Assembly (NCBI GenBank): GCA_038322875.1
Contig: JBBQGI010000002.1
Span: 4,348 to 68,347, forward strand
Direction of reading: 5' to 3'
Source: Candidatus Limnocylindria bacterium
GTDB lineage: Bacteria; Chloroflexota; Limnocylindria; QHBO01
Length of the DNA stretch: 64,000 nucleotides
In this document: one piece after another, positions 19,196 to 29,800 of the stretch
Layout of the letters: every line of letters starts with the position of its first letter
Numbering within the stretch: position 1 is the stretch's first letter
Position numbers and translations under genes: made by a program
Notes under the pieces: model-generated
What the model was told of the DNA's origin: nothing
Database searches by the model: none
Seen by the model: the letters and a program-made list of their open reading frames with translations, nothing else

Positions 19196-19864
19196 TCAAT
19201 TCGCCGGTTCGAAGTGCTCCTCGGTCAGGACCAGCTCGTCGAGCAGCATCTCCAGTGACAGCTGCTCACCGGCGAGCAGCAGCCGCAGCGGCGCGAACGA
19301 GCGGCGGTGCCACTCGCAGGGACCCTCGCGCAGGAGCGCCTCGACATGCAACCGGGTGCCATACCCCTTGTTGCGGGCAAAGCCGTATGCGGGGTAGCGG
19401 GCATCCAGCTCGGCGCAGATCCGGTCCCGCGTCACCTTGGCCACGATGCTGGCAGCCGCGATCGAGGCGCAGATCGCGTCGCCGTCGATGATCGGCCGCT
19501 GCGGGAGGTCGACATCGCGCAGGGTGAGGGCATCGATCACCAGGTGGTCTGGCGGTCGCGTCAAGTGGCCCACCGCCTCGCGCATGGCCAGCTTGGTGGC
19601 CTGCAGGATGTTGATCCGATCGATCACCTCGACTTCGACGCAACCGACCCCGACCGCATCGGCGCGGTCCAGGATCTGCTCGTAGAGAGCCTCCCGCCGT
19701 GAACGCACCAGGACCTTGCTGTCGCGCAGGCCCTTGATCCGATGGCGATCGGGCAAGATCACCGCCGCCGCCACGACCGGCCCGGCCAGGGAGCCGCGAC
19801 CGACCTCGTCGATCCCGGCGATGCTCCGAAAGCCAGCAATGCGCAGCTCGCGCTCATGTCGCAT
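19196..19864 (-). CDS. rnhB: ribonuclease HII
   Basis: IAGIDEVGRGSLAGPVV motif; start trimmed to M108. Confidence 0.85.
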   Translation of the reverse strand: MRHERELRIAGFRSIAGIDEVGRGSLAGPVVAAAVILPDRHRIKGLRDSKVLVRSRREALYEQILDRADAVGVGCVEVEVIDRINILQATKLAMREAVGHLTRPPDHLVIDALTLRDVDLPQRPIIDGDAICASIAAASIVAKVTRDRICAELDARYPAYGFARNKGYGTRLHVEALLREGPCEWHRRSFAPLRLLLAGEQLSLEMLLDELVLTEEHFEPAN

Positions 19865-19940
19865 GTGCGCGTCGCGGGGGGCATGGCCACGGCGCTTCGG
19901 CCGCGGCGGGGAGGAGTCGAAGAGCGGGGCGGACACCGGC

Positions 19941-20291
19941 TCAGCGGCCGGGTCGACGCTCACGCAGCGTAGCTGACTTCCCGACCCGATCGCGCAGGAA
20001 ATAGAGCTGGGCCCGACGCGCCACGCCGTGCCGCACGATCTCGATCTTCTCGACCCGCGGCGCGTGGAGCATGAAGGTTCGCTCCACGCCGACACCCGAC
20101 GCGATGCGTCGTACGGTGATCTGCTGATTGAGGCCGCCCCCGCGCATGCGCATGACCGTCCCCTCGAAGACCTGGATCCGCTCACGGCTCCCCTCGACCA
20201 CCTTGACCGAGACCTTCACCGTGTCACCCGAGGCGATCTCGGGCACATCGGTCCGGAGCTGCTCGCGCTCGAGCTCCTTGATCGGATCCAT
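19941..20291 (-). CDS. rplS: 50S ribosomal protein L19
   Basis: [13 protein letters not shown] start (M48 of ORF); conserved L19 sequence. Confidence 0.9.
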   Translation of the reverse strand: MDPIKELEREQLRTDVPEIASGDTVKVSVKVVEGSRERIQVFEGTVMRMRGGGLNQQITVRRIASGVGVERTFMLHAPRVEKIEIVRHGVARRAQLYFLRDRVGKSATLRERRPGR

Positions 20292-20402
20292 CGTGCGGTC
20301 AACCTCGTTATCGCGGCATGAGCCACGGATTATCGGCCTGGCGATGCGCACCTGACAGGCGCGGATGTGACGAACGCGACCGCCAACGGGCGCGACCGGC
20401 GG

Positions 20403-20411
20403 AGTATAGCA
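20403..20411 (-). promoter_or_regulatory. extended -10 element TGCTATACT upstream of rplS
   Basis: Intergenic trmD-rplS, ~110 nt leader. Confidence 0.4.
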
Positions 20412-20437
20412 GCGCTTCGGAACACCCGACAAACAGC

Positions 20438-21196
20438 TCAGCCGGCGGATGGATCCTCGTCGGCGAGCCGTTCGAGCTCCGCCCGATCGTCATCACTTAA
20501 GGGCGCTTCGGCGAGGAGATCGGGGCGTCGCTGCAGCGTGCGTCGCAGCGCCTCGCTGCGACGCCAGCGCGCCACGTCGCCGTGATGGCCCGACAGGAGC
20601 ACCGCCGGTACCGACGCGTCGCGGAACAGCTCGGGACGGGTGTACTGCGGGCCCTCGAGCAGGCCATCGGCGAAGGAATCCGATTCGTGGGAGGCCGTCT
20701 CGATGACCCCCGGGACGAGACGCGCGACAGCGTCGATCAGCACCAGCGCCGGCAGCTCCCCCCCCGTCAGCACGTAGTCGCCGATGCTCACCTCGCGTTC
20801 GGCCAGCGCCCGGACTCGTTCGTCGATCCCCTCGTAGCGACCACACACCAGGACCAGATGGCCGGCGGTCGAGAGCGTTCGAGCCAGGGCATCGGTGAGG
20901 CGCTCGCCCGCTGGGTCGAGCAGGATCACCTGGGTACCAGCGGCGCGCAGCGCCTCAACGGCCGCAAAGAGTGGCTCGGGGCGCATCACCATCCCCGCTC
21001 CCCCGCCGTATGGATAGTCGTCGACGGCCCGATGACGGCCGAGGCCATGCTCACGCAGGTCGTGGATGCCGAATTGCAGGATGCCGCGCTCGACTCCGCG
21101 ACCGATCACCGACGCACGCAGCGGCGCGTCGAAGAGCTCCGGAAAGAGCGTCACGACGTCGATCCGCAGCAACGGGGGCACGGGGGTGTGTGCCAT
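20438..21196 (-). CDS. trmD: tRNA (guanine37-N1)-methyltransferase
   Basis: [10 protein letters not shown]-terminus, SPOUT fold motifs. Confidence 0.95.
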   Translation of the reverse strand: MAHTPVPPLLRIDVVTLFPELFDAPLRASVIGRGVERGILQFGIHDLREHGLGRHRAVDDYPYGGGAGMVMRPEPLFAAVEALRAAGTQVILLDPAGERLTDALARTLSTAGHLVLVCGRYEGIDERVRALAEREVSIGDYVLTGGELPALVLIDAVARLVPGVIETASHESDSFADGLLEGPQYTRPELFRDASVPAVLLSGHHGDVARWRRSEALRRTLQRRPDLLAEAPLSDDDRAELERLADEDPSAG

Positions 21197-21199
21197 CGC

Positions 21200-21661
21200 T
21201 CAGACCTCCTCCGCCTCGTAGTGGACCACCATCCGCCCCGCCTCGAGGTCGATCGAGCGAACCACTTGGCGGAGTGCCGGAACCAGCAGCTCGCCCTTGG
21301 ATCCCTCGATTCGATAGACCTCGTTCTCGCCGGCACGGAACACCTCCGCCACCGCACCCAGCTCCGCTCCGGCTTCGTCCGTAACCGTCAGGCCGATCAG
21401 CTGATGCCAGTAGTAGGTTCCCTGGGGGAGCGGTGCGGCGGGTGCCTCGAGGTAGCGGCCGGCGAGCCCCTCGGCAGCAGTCCGATCCGAGATTCCTTCC
21501 AAGCGCAGGACGGGCACGCGGCCACCCCAGCCGGACTCCACGATCTGTCGCGGCTGAGGTTCGCCGTCCATCCAGATCGACTGCCCGACAGCCAGGCGCT
21601 CGGGGTGGTCGGTCAGCGATTCGATGCGCACTGCGCCGGTCAGCCCCTTTGCGCCAAGCAC
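21200..21661 (-). CDS. rimM: 16S rRNA processing protein RimM
   Basis: VLGAKGLTGAVRIESL N-terminal motif; start trimmed to a GTG downstream of the KH-protein stop. Confidence 0.8.
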   Translation of the reverse strand: MLGAKGLTGAVRIESLTDHPERLAVGQSIWMDGEPQPRQIVESGWGGRVPVLRLEGISDRTAAEGLAGRYLEAPAAPLPQGTYYWHQLIGLTVTDEAGAELGAVAEVFRAGENEVYRIEGSKGELLVPALRQVVRSIDLEAGRMVVHYEAEEV

Positions 21662-21680
21662 ACGGGCAAGGGCCAGGCGC

Positions 21681-21917
21681 TCAGTCGTCGCCGACGATCT
21701 CCAGCTCAACGTGCCGGCCATCGCGCGCCGCCATGACGCGCAGCAGGCTGCGGATGGCATTGGCGATGCGGCCGTCGCGGCCGATGATGCGACCCATGTC
21801 GCCCTCGCCGACCTTGAGCGTCAGGGTGACCTCGTCATCGGCCTCGGCCAGGTCGACGACGACCGCGTCGGGGTCATCGACCAGCGACCGGGCGACGTAC
21901 TCGAGGAATGCTTTCAT
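21681..21917 (-). CDS. KH domain RNA-binding protein (YlqC/UPF0109)
   Basis: GRIIGRDGRIANAIRSLL KH motif; ATGA overlap with rpsP stop. Confidence 0.8.
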   Translation of the reverse strand: MKAFLEYVARSLVDDPDAVVVDLAEADDEVTLTLKVGEGDMGRIIGRDGRIANAIRSLLRVMAARDGRHVELEIVGDD

Positions 21918-22399
21918 TCCGACGCCTCGGTCGGGTCCTCGGTCGCGGCCTCAGGAGCGTCCTCGTTCACGACCTCGATGATGGCCTCGGGCGCTGCCTC
22001 GGCGGTGTCCTCGGTCACGGCCTCGATGTCGGCCTCGGGCGCCGCCTCAGTCGCTGCCTCAGGAGGGGCTTCGGCCTTCGCCTTGGCCCTGGCGGTCGCC
22101 TTGGCCGACGGCTTGCGAGCGCGAGCGGGCTTCGCAGCCGGAGCCTCCGGCGTGGCTCCCACGGAGCCGTTGATCTTGATCAGCTTCGCGACCGTCTCCG
22201 ATGGGAGGGCTCCCTTGCTGACCCAGGCCGCAAGCCGCTCGGCGTCGATCCGCACGGTGGCCGGCTCGGTGAGCGGGTCGTAGAAGCCAAGGATCTCGAG
22301 GGCGCGGCCATCTCGCGGTCGGCGGCTGTCCATCGCCACGACCCGGTAGCTGGGGCGCTTGGTGGCTCCCACCCGCGAGAGCCGAATGCGTACTGCCAA
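21914..22399 (-). CDS. rpsP: 30S ribosomal protein S16 with ~80 aa Ala/Glu/Pro-rich C-terminal extension
   Basis: TTG start giving MAVRIRLSRVGATKRPSYRVV; repetitive tail EAPPEAATEAAPEADIEAV... Confidence 0.85.
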   Translation of the reverse strand: MAVRIRLSRVGATKRPSYRVVAMDSRRPRDGRALEILGFYDPLTEPATVRIDAERLAAWVSKGALPSETVAKLIKINGSVGATPEAPAAKPARARKPSAKATARAKAKAEAPPEAATEAAPEADIEAVTEDTAEAAPEAIIEVVNEDAPEAATEDPTEASE

Positions 22400-22484
22400 A
22401 AGTGTCTCTACCTCTCTGCTGGTTGACGGCGGCTGGGCGCCGTATCGATCTCGCTCATGCAATCGTTCCTTCGCCGCAGGGCCG

Positions 22485-24044
22485 TCACTTGACCGTCAGC
22501 ACGCCATGGATCTCCAGGTGATCGCCGCTGGCCGATGCGCTCACCGCCACCTCGCCGATCTGGTGCAGGATATCGCGAAGTTCGCTTCCTGGGTCGAAGA
22601 TGGCCGCCGCGGCGTCGGTCAGACCCGGGATCGCCGCCCAGATTTCGTTCCCCGCATGTGTCGGCGTGAGCTCGAAGGGCGCCCGGTAGCTTTCCTCGTC
22701 GACCAGCGCTGCGCCGCTGCGGTGGGCTTCGAGCGCCGCCGCAATGTCGGACGGGTCGAGCGCGAGCAGGACGACGCCACCCGCCATGGCGTAGGCGACA
22801 CGGCCGATCTGTGGGACAGAGACGCTCGTGATTGTCACCTCCGCCGAGACGCTGGTGGTCACGATCGATCCGCGCTCTTCGAATGCGTCGCGCATGGCGT
22901 CGAGCGACCGCTGCGCAGCCGCCGCAGCGTTGGGGTGCAGCAGCAGCAGCAGTCCATGTGGTGCCGAAAGATCAAGGTCGGTGAGTGCCAGGGCCGCCTC
23001 GCCATCGAAGAGCGAGAGCAGGTCGCGATCTACATTGATCCCGAGTCCGAGCGCCGCAATCGCCCGCAGCTGGTCGAGCGCGCCGAGCACCTCCGCAAAG
23101 GCAGGCGCCTTGCCTATCACCGCTTCGAGATCAGCGAGGCTCTGCTCCAGGCGAAATGCGACCAGCTCGACGTGCGTGTTGCGCGGCATCCACTCCGTCA
23201 GCGAGGCACGCTCGGAGCCGAGCGCGAATGCGCCGCGCATTGCCGCCGAAGCGGCCCCGGCAGCGAATGGCGCTGATCCATCCAGGTGCAGACCATCGGC
23301 GGCGGCGGTGAGCGCCAGGGCAGCCGTCGAGTAGCCGCCCAGGCGGCCATCGGCGTCGGCTGGTGCGACCGCGCCGAGGTTTACGAAGAGCGAGGCGAGG
23401 TGGTCCGTCGGAACAGTGCGCATCGCCGACGCGAATCCCGCCGAATCGGCCAAAGACGGGACGGCATCCGCATTCGCATCGAGGGCCGCGCGCAGCTGCT
23501 CCGGGCCGTCGGCCACGACCAGGAGGTCGTCGAGGAGCGCATAGCTGCGGCCCTTGCCGATCATCGCCTCGTGCCCCCGGTACGTCTCCCGCGCGTACGA
23601 CGCTCCGCCGCGCGCCATCAGGCGCGGGACCTGGTCACGAGCCGCGACCGGGTCTCGCACGCCGGCCAGCACGAGGAGATGCGGCGCTCCCCCCGTCTCA
23701 GCGGCGGGCTCAATGGCGAATGCGATCTGCGTCCCCAGCCACGATCGCACATCCGCGCCATAGTCCATCCCGGCCTGCTCGAGCTGGCGTTGGACGACCT
23801 CGTCGATCTTGTCCTCGATCGTCGCCGCGTCGCCGAAGCCCGGCAGATGCTCGACCAGCGCGAGCAGGTTCATCTTCTGCCCGGTCGATGGCTGCAGATA
23901 CACGTTCAGGTAGATCGCGGCGCCGGCGGGCGCTGCGCGGGCCGCCCGATCCGTCGTCGCGGAAAACAGGAGGAGATAGCCCACTACCACCACCGTGCCG
24001 ACCATCACCAGCAGCGCGGTGACCGCCACGATCAGGCGCTGCAT
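22485..24044 (-). CDS. membrane-anchored hypothetical protein, DUF3352-like
   Basis: N-terminal TM helix then ~490 aa extracytoplasmic Ala/Leu/Gly-rich domain; coding-like codon usage; family assignment from memory only. Confidence 0.5.
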   Translation of the reverse strand: MQRLIVAVTALLVMVGTVVVVGYLLLFSATTDRAARAAPAGAAIYLNVYLQPSTGQKMNLLALVEHLPGFGDAATIEDKIDEVVQRQLEQAGMDYGADVRSWLGTQIAFAIEPAAETGGAPHLLVLAGVRDPVAARDQVPRLMARGGASYARETYRGHEAMIGKGRSYALLDDLLVVADGPEQLRAALDANADAVPSLADSAGFASAMRTVPTDHLASLFVNLGAVAPADADGRLGGYSTAALALTAAADGLHLDGSAPFAAGAASAAMRGAFALGSERASLTEWMPRNTHVELVAFRLEQSLADLEAVIGKAPAFAEVLGALDQLRAIAALGLGINVDRDLLSLFDGEAALALTDLDLSAPHGLLLLLHPNAAAAAQRSLDAMRDAFEERGSIVTTSVSAEVTITSVSVPQIGRVAYAMAGGVVLLALDPSDIAAALEAHRSGAALVDEESYRAPFELTPTHAGNEIWAAIPGLTDAAAAIFDPGSELRDILHQIGEVAVSASASGDHLEIHGVLTVK

Positions 24045-24048
24045 CGGT

Positions 24049-25383
24049 CTAGCCTCCCAGGATGCCGCGCAGGCCGCCGCCCTTCGGCAGGCGGCCGCCG
24101 CCGAACTGCCGCATGAGGCGCCGCATCTCCTCGAATTGCTTGAGCAGCCGATTGACGTCGGCCGGGGTGGTCCCGCTCCCGGCGGCGATGCGTCGGCGGC
24201 GACTCGCCTTGATCAGCTCGGGATGATGGCGCTCGGCCGCCGTCATCGAATCGACGATCGCCTCGATCCGGCGCAGCTGGCCGTCGTCGACCGCCTGCTG
24301 GGCTGCGCCGGCCAGCTGACCGGCCCCCGGGATCATGCCCAGCAACTGTCCGATCGGCCCCATCTTCTTGATCTGCGCGAGCTGCGTGCGGAAGTCGTCG
24401 AGCGTGAAGCGCGACTCCATCAACCGCTGGGCCACTCGCTCGGCCTCGGCCTGATCGACGCTCTCCTGGGCACGCTCAACGAGCGAGAGGATGTCCCCCA
24501 TGCCCAGGATCCGCTGGGCCAGCCGGTCGGGGTGGAACGCCTCGAGCCCGTCGGTTCGCTCGCCGGTGCCGATGAAGGCGATCGGCAACCCGGTGACACT
24601 GCGGATGCTGAGCGCTGCGCCGCCGCGCGCATCCCCATCCATCTTCGTCAGCACCAGGGCGGTCAGCGGCAGCCGCTGGTGGAACGCCTCTGCCACGCGC
24701 ACGGCGTCCTGCCCGGTCATCGCATCCACGACCAGCAGCGTCTCGACCGGGGTGACGGCGCCGGCGATGCGGACCAGCTCGTCCATCATCGGCTCGTCGA
24801 CATGCAGGCGACCCGCCGTGTCGAGGAGCACCACGTCGAGCCCTCGCTGCCGCGCCTGCTCGACTCCCGAGCGCGCGATCTCGAGCGCGGGGGTGCCTGC
24901 GGGGCGGGTATGGACCTCGGCACCGATCTGGTCGCCCAGCGCGACGAGCTGGTCCACCGCTGCCGGCCGGTAGACGTCGGCCGCCACCAGCAACGGCGTG
25001 TGCCCTTCGCGGCGCAATCGCACCGCCAGCTTGGCTGCAGTCGTCGTCTTCCCCGATCCCTGCAGGCCGACCAGCATGACCAGGCTCGGCCGCCGGTCCA
25101 GCCTGAGGAGGTGGCGCTCCCCGCCCAGCGCGGCCACCAGCTCGGCGTGGACCGCCTTGACCACCTGCTGACCGGGATGCAGGCCGGTCAGCACCTCGGC
25201 CCCGAGGGCTCGTTCGCGAACCCGCGCGACGAAGTCCTTGACGACGCGGAAGTTCACATCCGCCTCGAGCAGGGCGAGCCGGATCTCGCGCAGTGCGAGG
25301 TCCAGGTCGGCCTCGGTGATCTTGGCCTTGCCACGCAGGCGATCGACGACGCCTTGCAGGCGAGCGGAGAGAGATTCGAACAT
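24049..25383 (-). CDS. ffh: signal recognition particle protein Ffh
   Basis: MFESLSARLQ start (M24 of ORF), NG domain GSGKTTT, M domain. Confidence 0.95.
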   Translation of the reverse strand: MFESLSARLQGVVDRLRGKAKITEADLDLALREIRLALLEADVNFRVVKDFVARVRERALGAEVLTGLHPGQQVVKAVHAELVAALGGERHLLRLDRRPSLVMLVGLQGSGKTTTAAKLAVRLRREGHTPLLVAADVYRPAAVDQLVALGDQIGAEVHTRPAGTPALEIARSGVEQARQRGLDVVLLDTAGRLHVDEPMMDELVRIAGAVTPVETLLVVDAMTGQDAVRVAEAFHQRLPLTALVLTKMDGDARGGAALSIRSVTGLPIAFIGTGERTDGLEAFHPDRLAQRILGMGDILSLVERAQESVDQAEAERVAQRLMESRFTLDDFRTQLAQIKKMGPIGQLLGMIPGAGQLAGAAQQAVDDGQLRRIEAIVDSMTAAERHHPELIKASRRRRIAAGSGTTPADVNRLLKQFEEMRRLMRQFGGGRLPKGGGLRGILGG

Positions 25384-25477
25384 GATCGACCCGATCTGGT
25401 GCGTGGTCGGAGGACGGCTGCACATCTTAGGCGGCGCGTTCGTGCCGGGCAACGCCCGCGCGCGAGTCAGAGGTCGG

Positions 25478-25897
25478 TCATCTGGCCTGGAGGCGTTCTC
25501 CCAGGAACGCGGCGAGGCGGTCGCGGAGAGCGGTCACGTCGTCGATCGGCCCCCACAGCAGGACCAGCCGGCTCCCGTCTCGCAGGTGCAGCTGCAGTCG
25601 CAGCCGACCCAAAGTGGCCCGCTCGATGGCGCCCCATGAGATCCACCGATTCCTCCGGGCGCCCTGCATGATCTCGCCGATCTCGATGGCGCTGAACGAG
25701 CGAGTTGATCGGCTCCGAACGTCGGTGGACGGCAGATTGAAGTGCCGAATCGTTCGCCAGAGCCCAAGCGAGCGACGGAGGAGCCCGTCGGGGCAGAGCC
25801 ACAGCTCGCCGTGGATCCGATCGGTCCAGCCGGTGGTGCTCCCGGCCGACAGGAGCTGGCAGTCCGCCTGATCGCGCTCCGGCGCCGCATCGCTCAT
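25478..25897 (-). CDS. hypothetical small protein, possible bacterial PH-like domain
   Basis: ORF with coding-like composition between ftsY and ffh; no recognisable catalytic motif. Confidence 0.4.
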   Translation of the reverse strand: MSDAAPERDQADCQLLSAGSTTGWTDRIHGELWLCPDGLLRRSLGLWRTIRHFNLPSTDVRSRSTRSFSAIEIGEIMQGARRNRWISWGAIERATLGRLRLQLHLRDGSRLVLLWGPIDDVTALRDRLAAFLGERLQAR

Positions 25898-26811
25898 GCG
25901 GCCAGCAGCCATTCCACGTAGGCAGCAGGGTCGAACGGAGCGAGTGCGTCGAGCCCCTCCCCCACTCCGGCGAAGAGGATCGGCACGCCGAGTCGGTCGG
26001 CGATCGCCACCGCCACCCCTCCCTTGGCGCTGCCGTCCAGCTTCGTCAGCACGATCCCGGTGACGCCCGCCTCGCGGCTGAACGACTCTGCCTGTGAGAG
26101 GCCGTTCTGGCCGGTCGTGGCATCGAGCACCAGGAGCACGTGGCGTGGCTCCCCGGGGAGGCGACGTTCGATCACGCGACGCACCTTGGCCAGTTCGGCC
26201 ATCAGCTGGGTCTTGTTCTGGAGCCGCCCGGCGGTGTCCACGATGACCACGTCGATCCCACGCGACTCCGCGGCCACCAGTGCGTCGAAGGCGACCGCGC
26301 CGGGATCGGCGCCCGGCCGCTGCGCGACCACCGGTATGCCGATCTGGTCACCCCACAGCCGCAGCTGCTCGACCGCTGCCGCCCGAAAGGTGTCCGCCGC
26401 GGCGAGCACCACGCTACGCCCGTCGCCCACGAGGCGAGCAGCCAGCTTGGCGATGGTCGTCGTCTTGCCCGAGCCGTTGACCCCCACCACGAGGATGACC
26501 GCCACCGCTGGGCCGATCTCGAAGCTGCCCGAGCCGACCCGCTCGAGGCGGAGGCGAATCTCCTCGGCGAGCGCCTCCCGCACGGCCGGACCGGGCGCCG
26601 TCTTCCCCACGCGCGCCTGGGTCGCCGCAACCAGCGCGATCGTCGTCTCCGCACCGACGTCGGCGGCGATGAGCGCCTCCTCGATCTCGTCCCATGTCGT
26701 CTCGCCGGTGGCGGCCGCGCCGCCGAGCAATGCGCGCAGGCGGCTCCCCAGGCCTCCGGGACGTGGACGCAGGCCCATGCCGCTCGGCTCGCGCCGAGGG
26801 CGCGCCATCAT
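25894..26811 (-). CDS. ftsY: signal recognition particle receptor FtsY (NG-domain short form)
   Basis: GVNGSGKTTT, DTAGR, TKLDG motifs. Confidence 0.9.
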   Translation of the reverse strand: MMARPRREPSGMGLRPRPGGLGSRLRALLGGAAATGETTWDEIEEALIAADVGAETTIALVAATQARVGKTAPGPAVREALAEEIRLRLERVGSGSFEIGPAVAVILVVGVNGSGKTTTIAKLAARLVGDGRSVVLAAADTFRAAAVEQLRLWGDQIGIPVVAQRPGADPGAVAFDALVAAESRGIDVVIVDTAGRLQNKTQLMAELAKVRRVIERRLPGEPRHVLLVLDATTGQNGLSQAESFSREAGVTGIVLTKLDGSAKGGVAVAIADRLGVPILFAGVGEGLDALAPFDPAAYVEWLLAA

Positions 26812-29800
26812 CCGACCGCCACCTCGACCGGCAGGTCCGCCAGGCGCAGCGAGAGGAGGCGCGACACCGCGGCATCGGTCATGGTCACCCCGTAGATCGT
26901 GTCCGCCGTTTCGATGGTGGCGCGGTTGTGCGTGATCACGACGAAGTCGATCGTCTGCGATAGGAGGCGCAGCGCATCGGCGAAGCGGCCGATGTTCGCC
27001 TCGTCGAGGGCGGCATCAACCTCGTCGAGGATGCAGAACGGCACGGGGTTGACGCTCAGCATCGCGAACAGGAGCGCCACCCCGGCCAGGGCCCGCTCGC
27101 CACCCGACAGCATGGCCAGCCGCTGGAGGCGCTTGCCCGGCGGGCGCACGGCGATCTCGATCCCGTCGGCCAGCTCTCCTTCGCTTCCGTCGCTCATCTG
27201 CAGCGACGCCGAACCCCCGGCGAAGAGGAGCCGGCAGAACTCGTCGAACTTCGCGCCGATGGCGACGAAGGCCGCGTTGAACTGTCCGGCGATCTCCGCC
27301 TCCAGCCGCCCGATCAGCTGTTCGGTCGAGCCGATCGCCGCGTTCAGATCCGCGTCCTGGACGGTGAGCGCGTCCATCCGGCGGGCCAGCTCCCGGTGCT
27401 CCTCGATGGCAAACGGGTTGACCGAACCGATCTGGGCCAGGGTGCGCCGCACCCGCTTGAGCTCGGCCTCGATCGTCTCGGCGGACGCGGCCTCGAGATC
27501 CGACGGCGCCGAGCCGTCGCCGACGAGTGGAGCATGGGTGTCGGCAACGGGGAGCGACTCGATCGCCAGGTCCCGCTCGCGCCCGATCGCCACCAGCTCG
27601 TCTTCCAGCCGCTGCGCGTCGATGGCACCGCTCTGCAGCGCTCGCTCGAGCTCGGCCAGACGAGACGCGGCGCCACCTCCTGCTCGCTCGGAATCGAGCA
27701 GCTCGGCACGAAGCCGGTCTCGCTCAGCGTCCGCGGCGGCACGCTGCTCGGCTGCTTCCCGATCGGCGTTCGTGGCCGCCTCGATCCCGTCGGCGGCGGC
27801 CAAGCGTTCGGCATCCATGGCGGCTAACGCGATTTGGTCCCTCGCGAGAGCGCCGGTCAACTGATCACGTCGCGCCGCGAGCACGGCCCGCTGGTAGCGG
27901 GCGTCGCCCCAGCCTGTGTCGATTGCATCCGCAGCGGCCTGCGCCGCCTGCCATGCCGCGCGGCGTCGATCTCGCTGTGCCGCCAACAGCGCGCGACGCT
28001 CTCGCGCATCGGCGGCGGCCGGGGCCAGTCGCTCGAGCGCTCCGCCGGCGGGCGTCACTCCACTTGAATCCACAAGCCCGGCCGCCGTGGCGCTGCGCGC
28101 GTCATCGAGCTCCACCCTGAGCGCCTGCACCAGGTCACGTGCCCGAGCCAAGACACCCTCTGCTCGTTCCTGACCCCCACGCGCAATTGCGGCCTCGCGC
28201 TGCACTTCGGCGTGCCGCTCGGCCGCCATGTCGCGATCCTGGCGAGCATCGGCCCATGCCATCAGGGATTGAGCGGCAACCCGTCCGGCGTCCTCGTGCT
28301 TGCTCTCCAGGCGTGCCACGAGCTCGACCAGCTCCCGGACGCGCGCGTGCTGCCGGGCCGCCTCCCCGGAGGCCTCGTCCGCCCGACCGCGGACGACCAA
28401 CAGGCCGCGCTCGTCGGCCAGGTCGCCATCCGCCGTCACTGCGCACCAGCCCGGCGGCAGGTTGCGCCAGCCCTGCAAGAGGGTGTTGAGATCCGGCGCG
28501 ACGACGGTGCGGGCAAAGAGGCGCGGTCCTGTGGTTGTGCCGATCCACTCGCGCAGGGTCACGGTTGCCCGCACCGCGGCAAGCGCCGCCTCCCGCACCG
28601 CGGCGCTCGGCTCGTCTTGGCCAGTATCCTCGCCGGCCAACAGCCGCGCCGATCCGCGAGCCGTGGCGGCATGATCGGCCAGATGCGCGTCACGCCAGAC
28701 CAGTGCCTGTCGCAGCTCGCCGCCTACCAGCACCTCGATCGCGGCCCAGGCGGCCTGTGGCGGATCGATCGTCTCGATCAGAGATTGCCAGCCGGCGGCG
28801 GCCAGCATCGGCCCGAGCGCGGCGTCGCCGCCCGCACGCTCTTGCAGCACCTCGAGCTCTGCCTGCAGGCCACCTATCCGTTCGGCGAGCGTCGTCGCCT
28901 GCGCCCGGTCAACCTCTGCCTGTCGTTCCGCGGCCTCGGCGGCAGTGTCTGCCGCTTCCATGGCGGCAACTGCCTCGACCTCGCTTGCCGTCACGCTTAC
29001 CAGCTGCGCCTGGGTGGGAGCGCAGGCCGCCGCCGCCTCGGTCTCGGTCGTGGTGGCCGCCTGCAGCTCACCCTCGATCTGCTCGACCCGTGCCCGCAAC
29101 CGCATTGACGCCTCGTCGCGTCGAGCGGCCTCGGCGATCGACGCTCCCGCGCTGGCCCACGCCTCGGCAAACTCCTGCTCGACGGCCACCAGGGCCAGGT
29201 CGACGGCGTCGAGCTCCGCCGCAGCTGCGCGCCATGCCCCCTCCGCTTCCCGCGCCGCCTCCCATTTCGACTCGGCCTGGGGGTCCGCCCCGTCCGGGGT
29301 CACCTCGAGCGTGGCCATCGTTTCAGCCAGCTCCGCCTCCTCCCGCGCGATCAGCGCGGCGAGATCCGCGTGCCGCCGCGCGGCTCCCTCGACCACCGCC
29401 TCCGTGCGAATGCGAGCCTCTCGGGCGTGCTCGAGTCGTTCTGCTGCGCTGCGAGCGGCGCCCTCCGCCTCCCAATAGCCGGCCTCGGCCTGGGCGATAG
29501 CCTGACGCCCGGCGGATTCTTCGGCCCGCAGCGCCTCGAGCGCCGCCTCTGCCGACGCCATCCGCCGCCGTGCCTCCCCCAGCGATTCACGCGCTGTCAC
29601 CTCGCGGCGTCGATGCGCCTCGACGACCAGCCCGTGGGCGCGACGCCCCATGGCGTCGTGCTCCTCCTGGTGCTGTGCCTGCAGCGCGAGGCGCCGCACC
29701 TGTGGCTTCAGCTCGGCGATCAGGTCGCTCACGCGGGTCAGGTTGTCGCGCGCTCGCCCGAGCCGGCCGAGCGCCTCGTTCTTGCGGACCTGCAGGTTCT

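Noticed and set aside
26899-29500. Several 300-aa plus-strand ORFs (26899-27864, 28212-29108, 28535-29500) antisense to smc
   Set aside because: SMC on the minus strand is unambiguous; these are Ser/Ala/Arg/Pro-rich antisense frames
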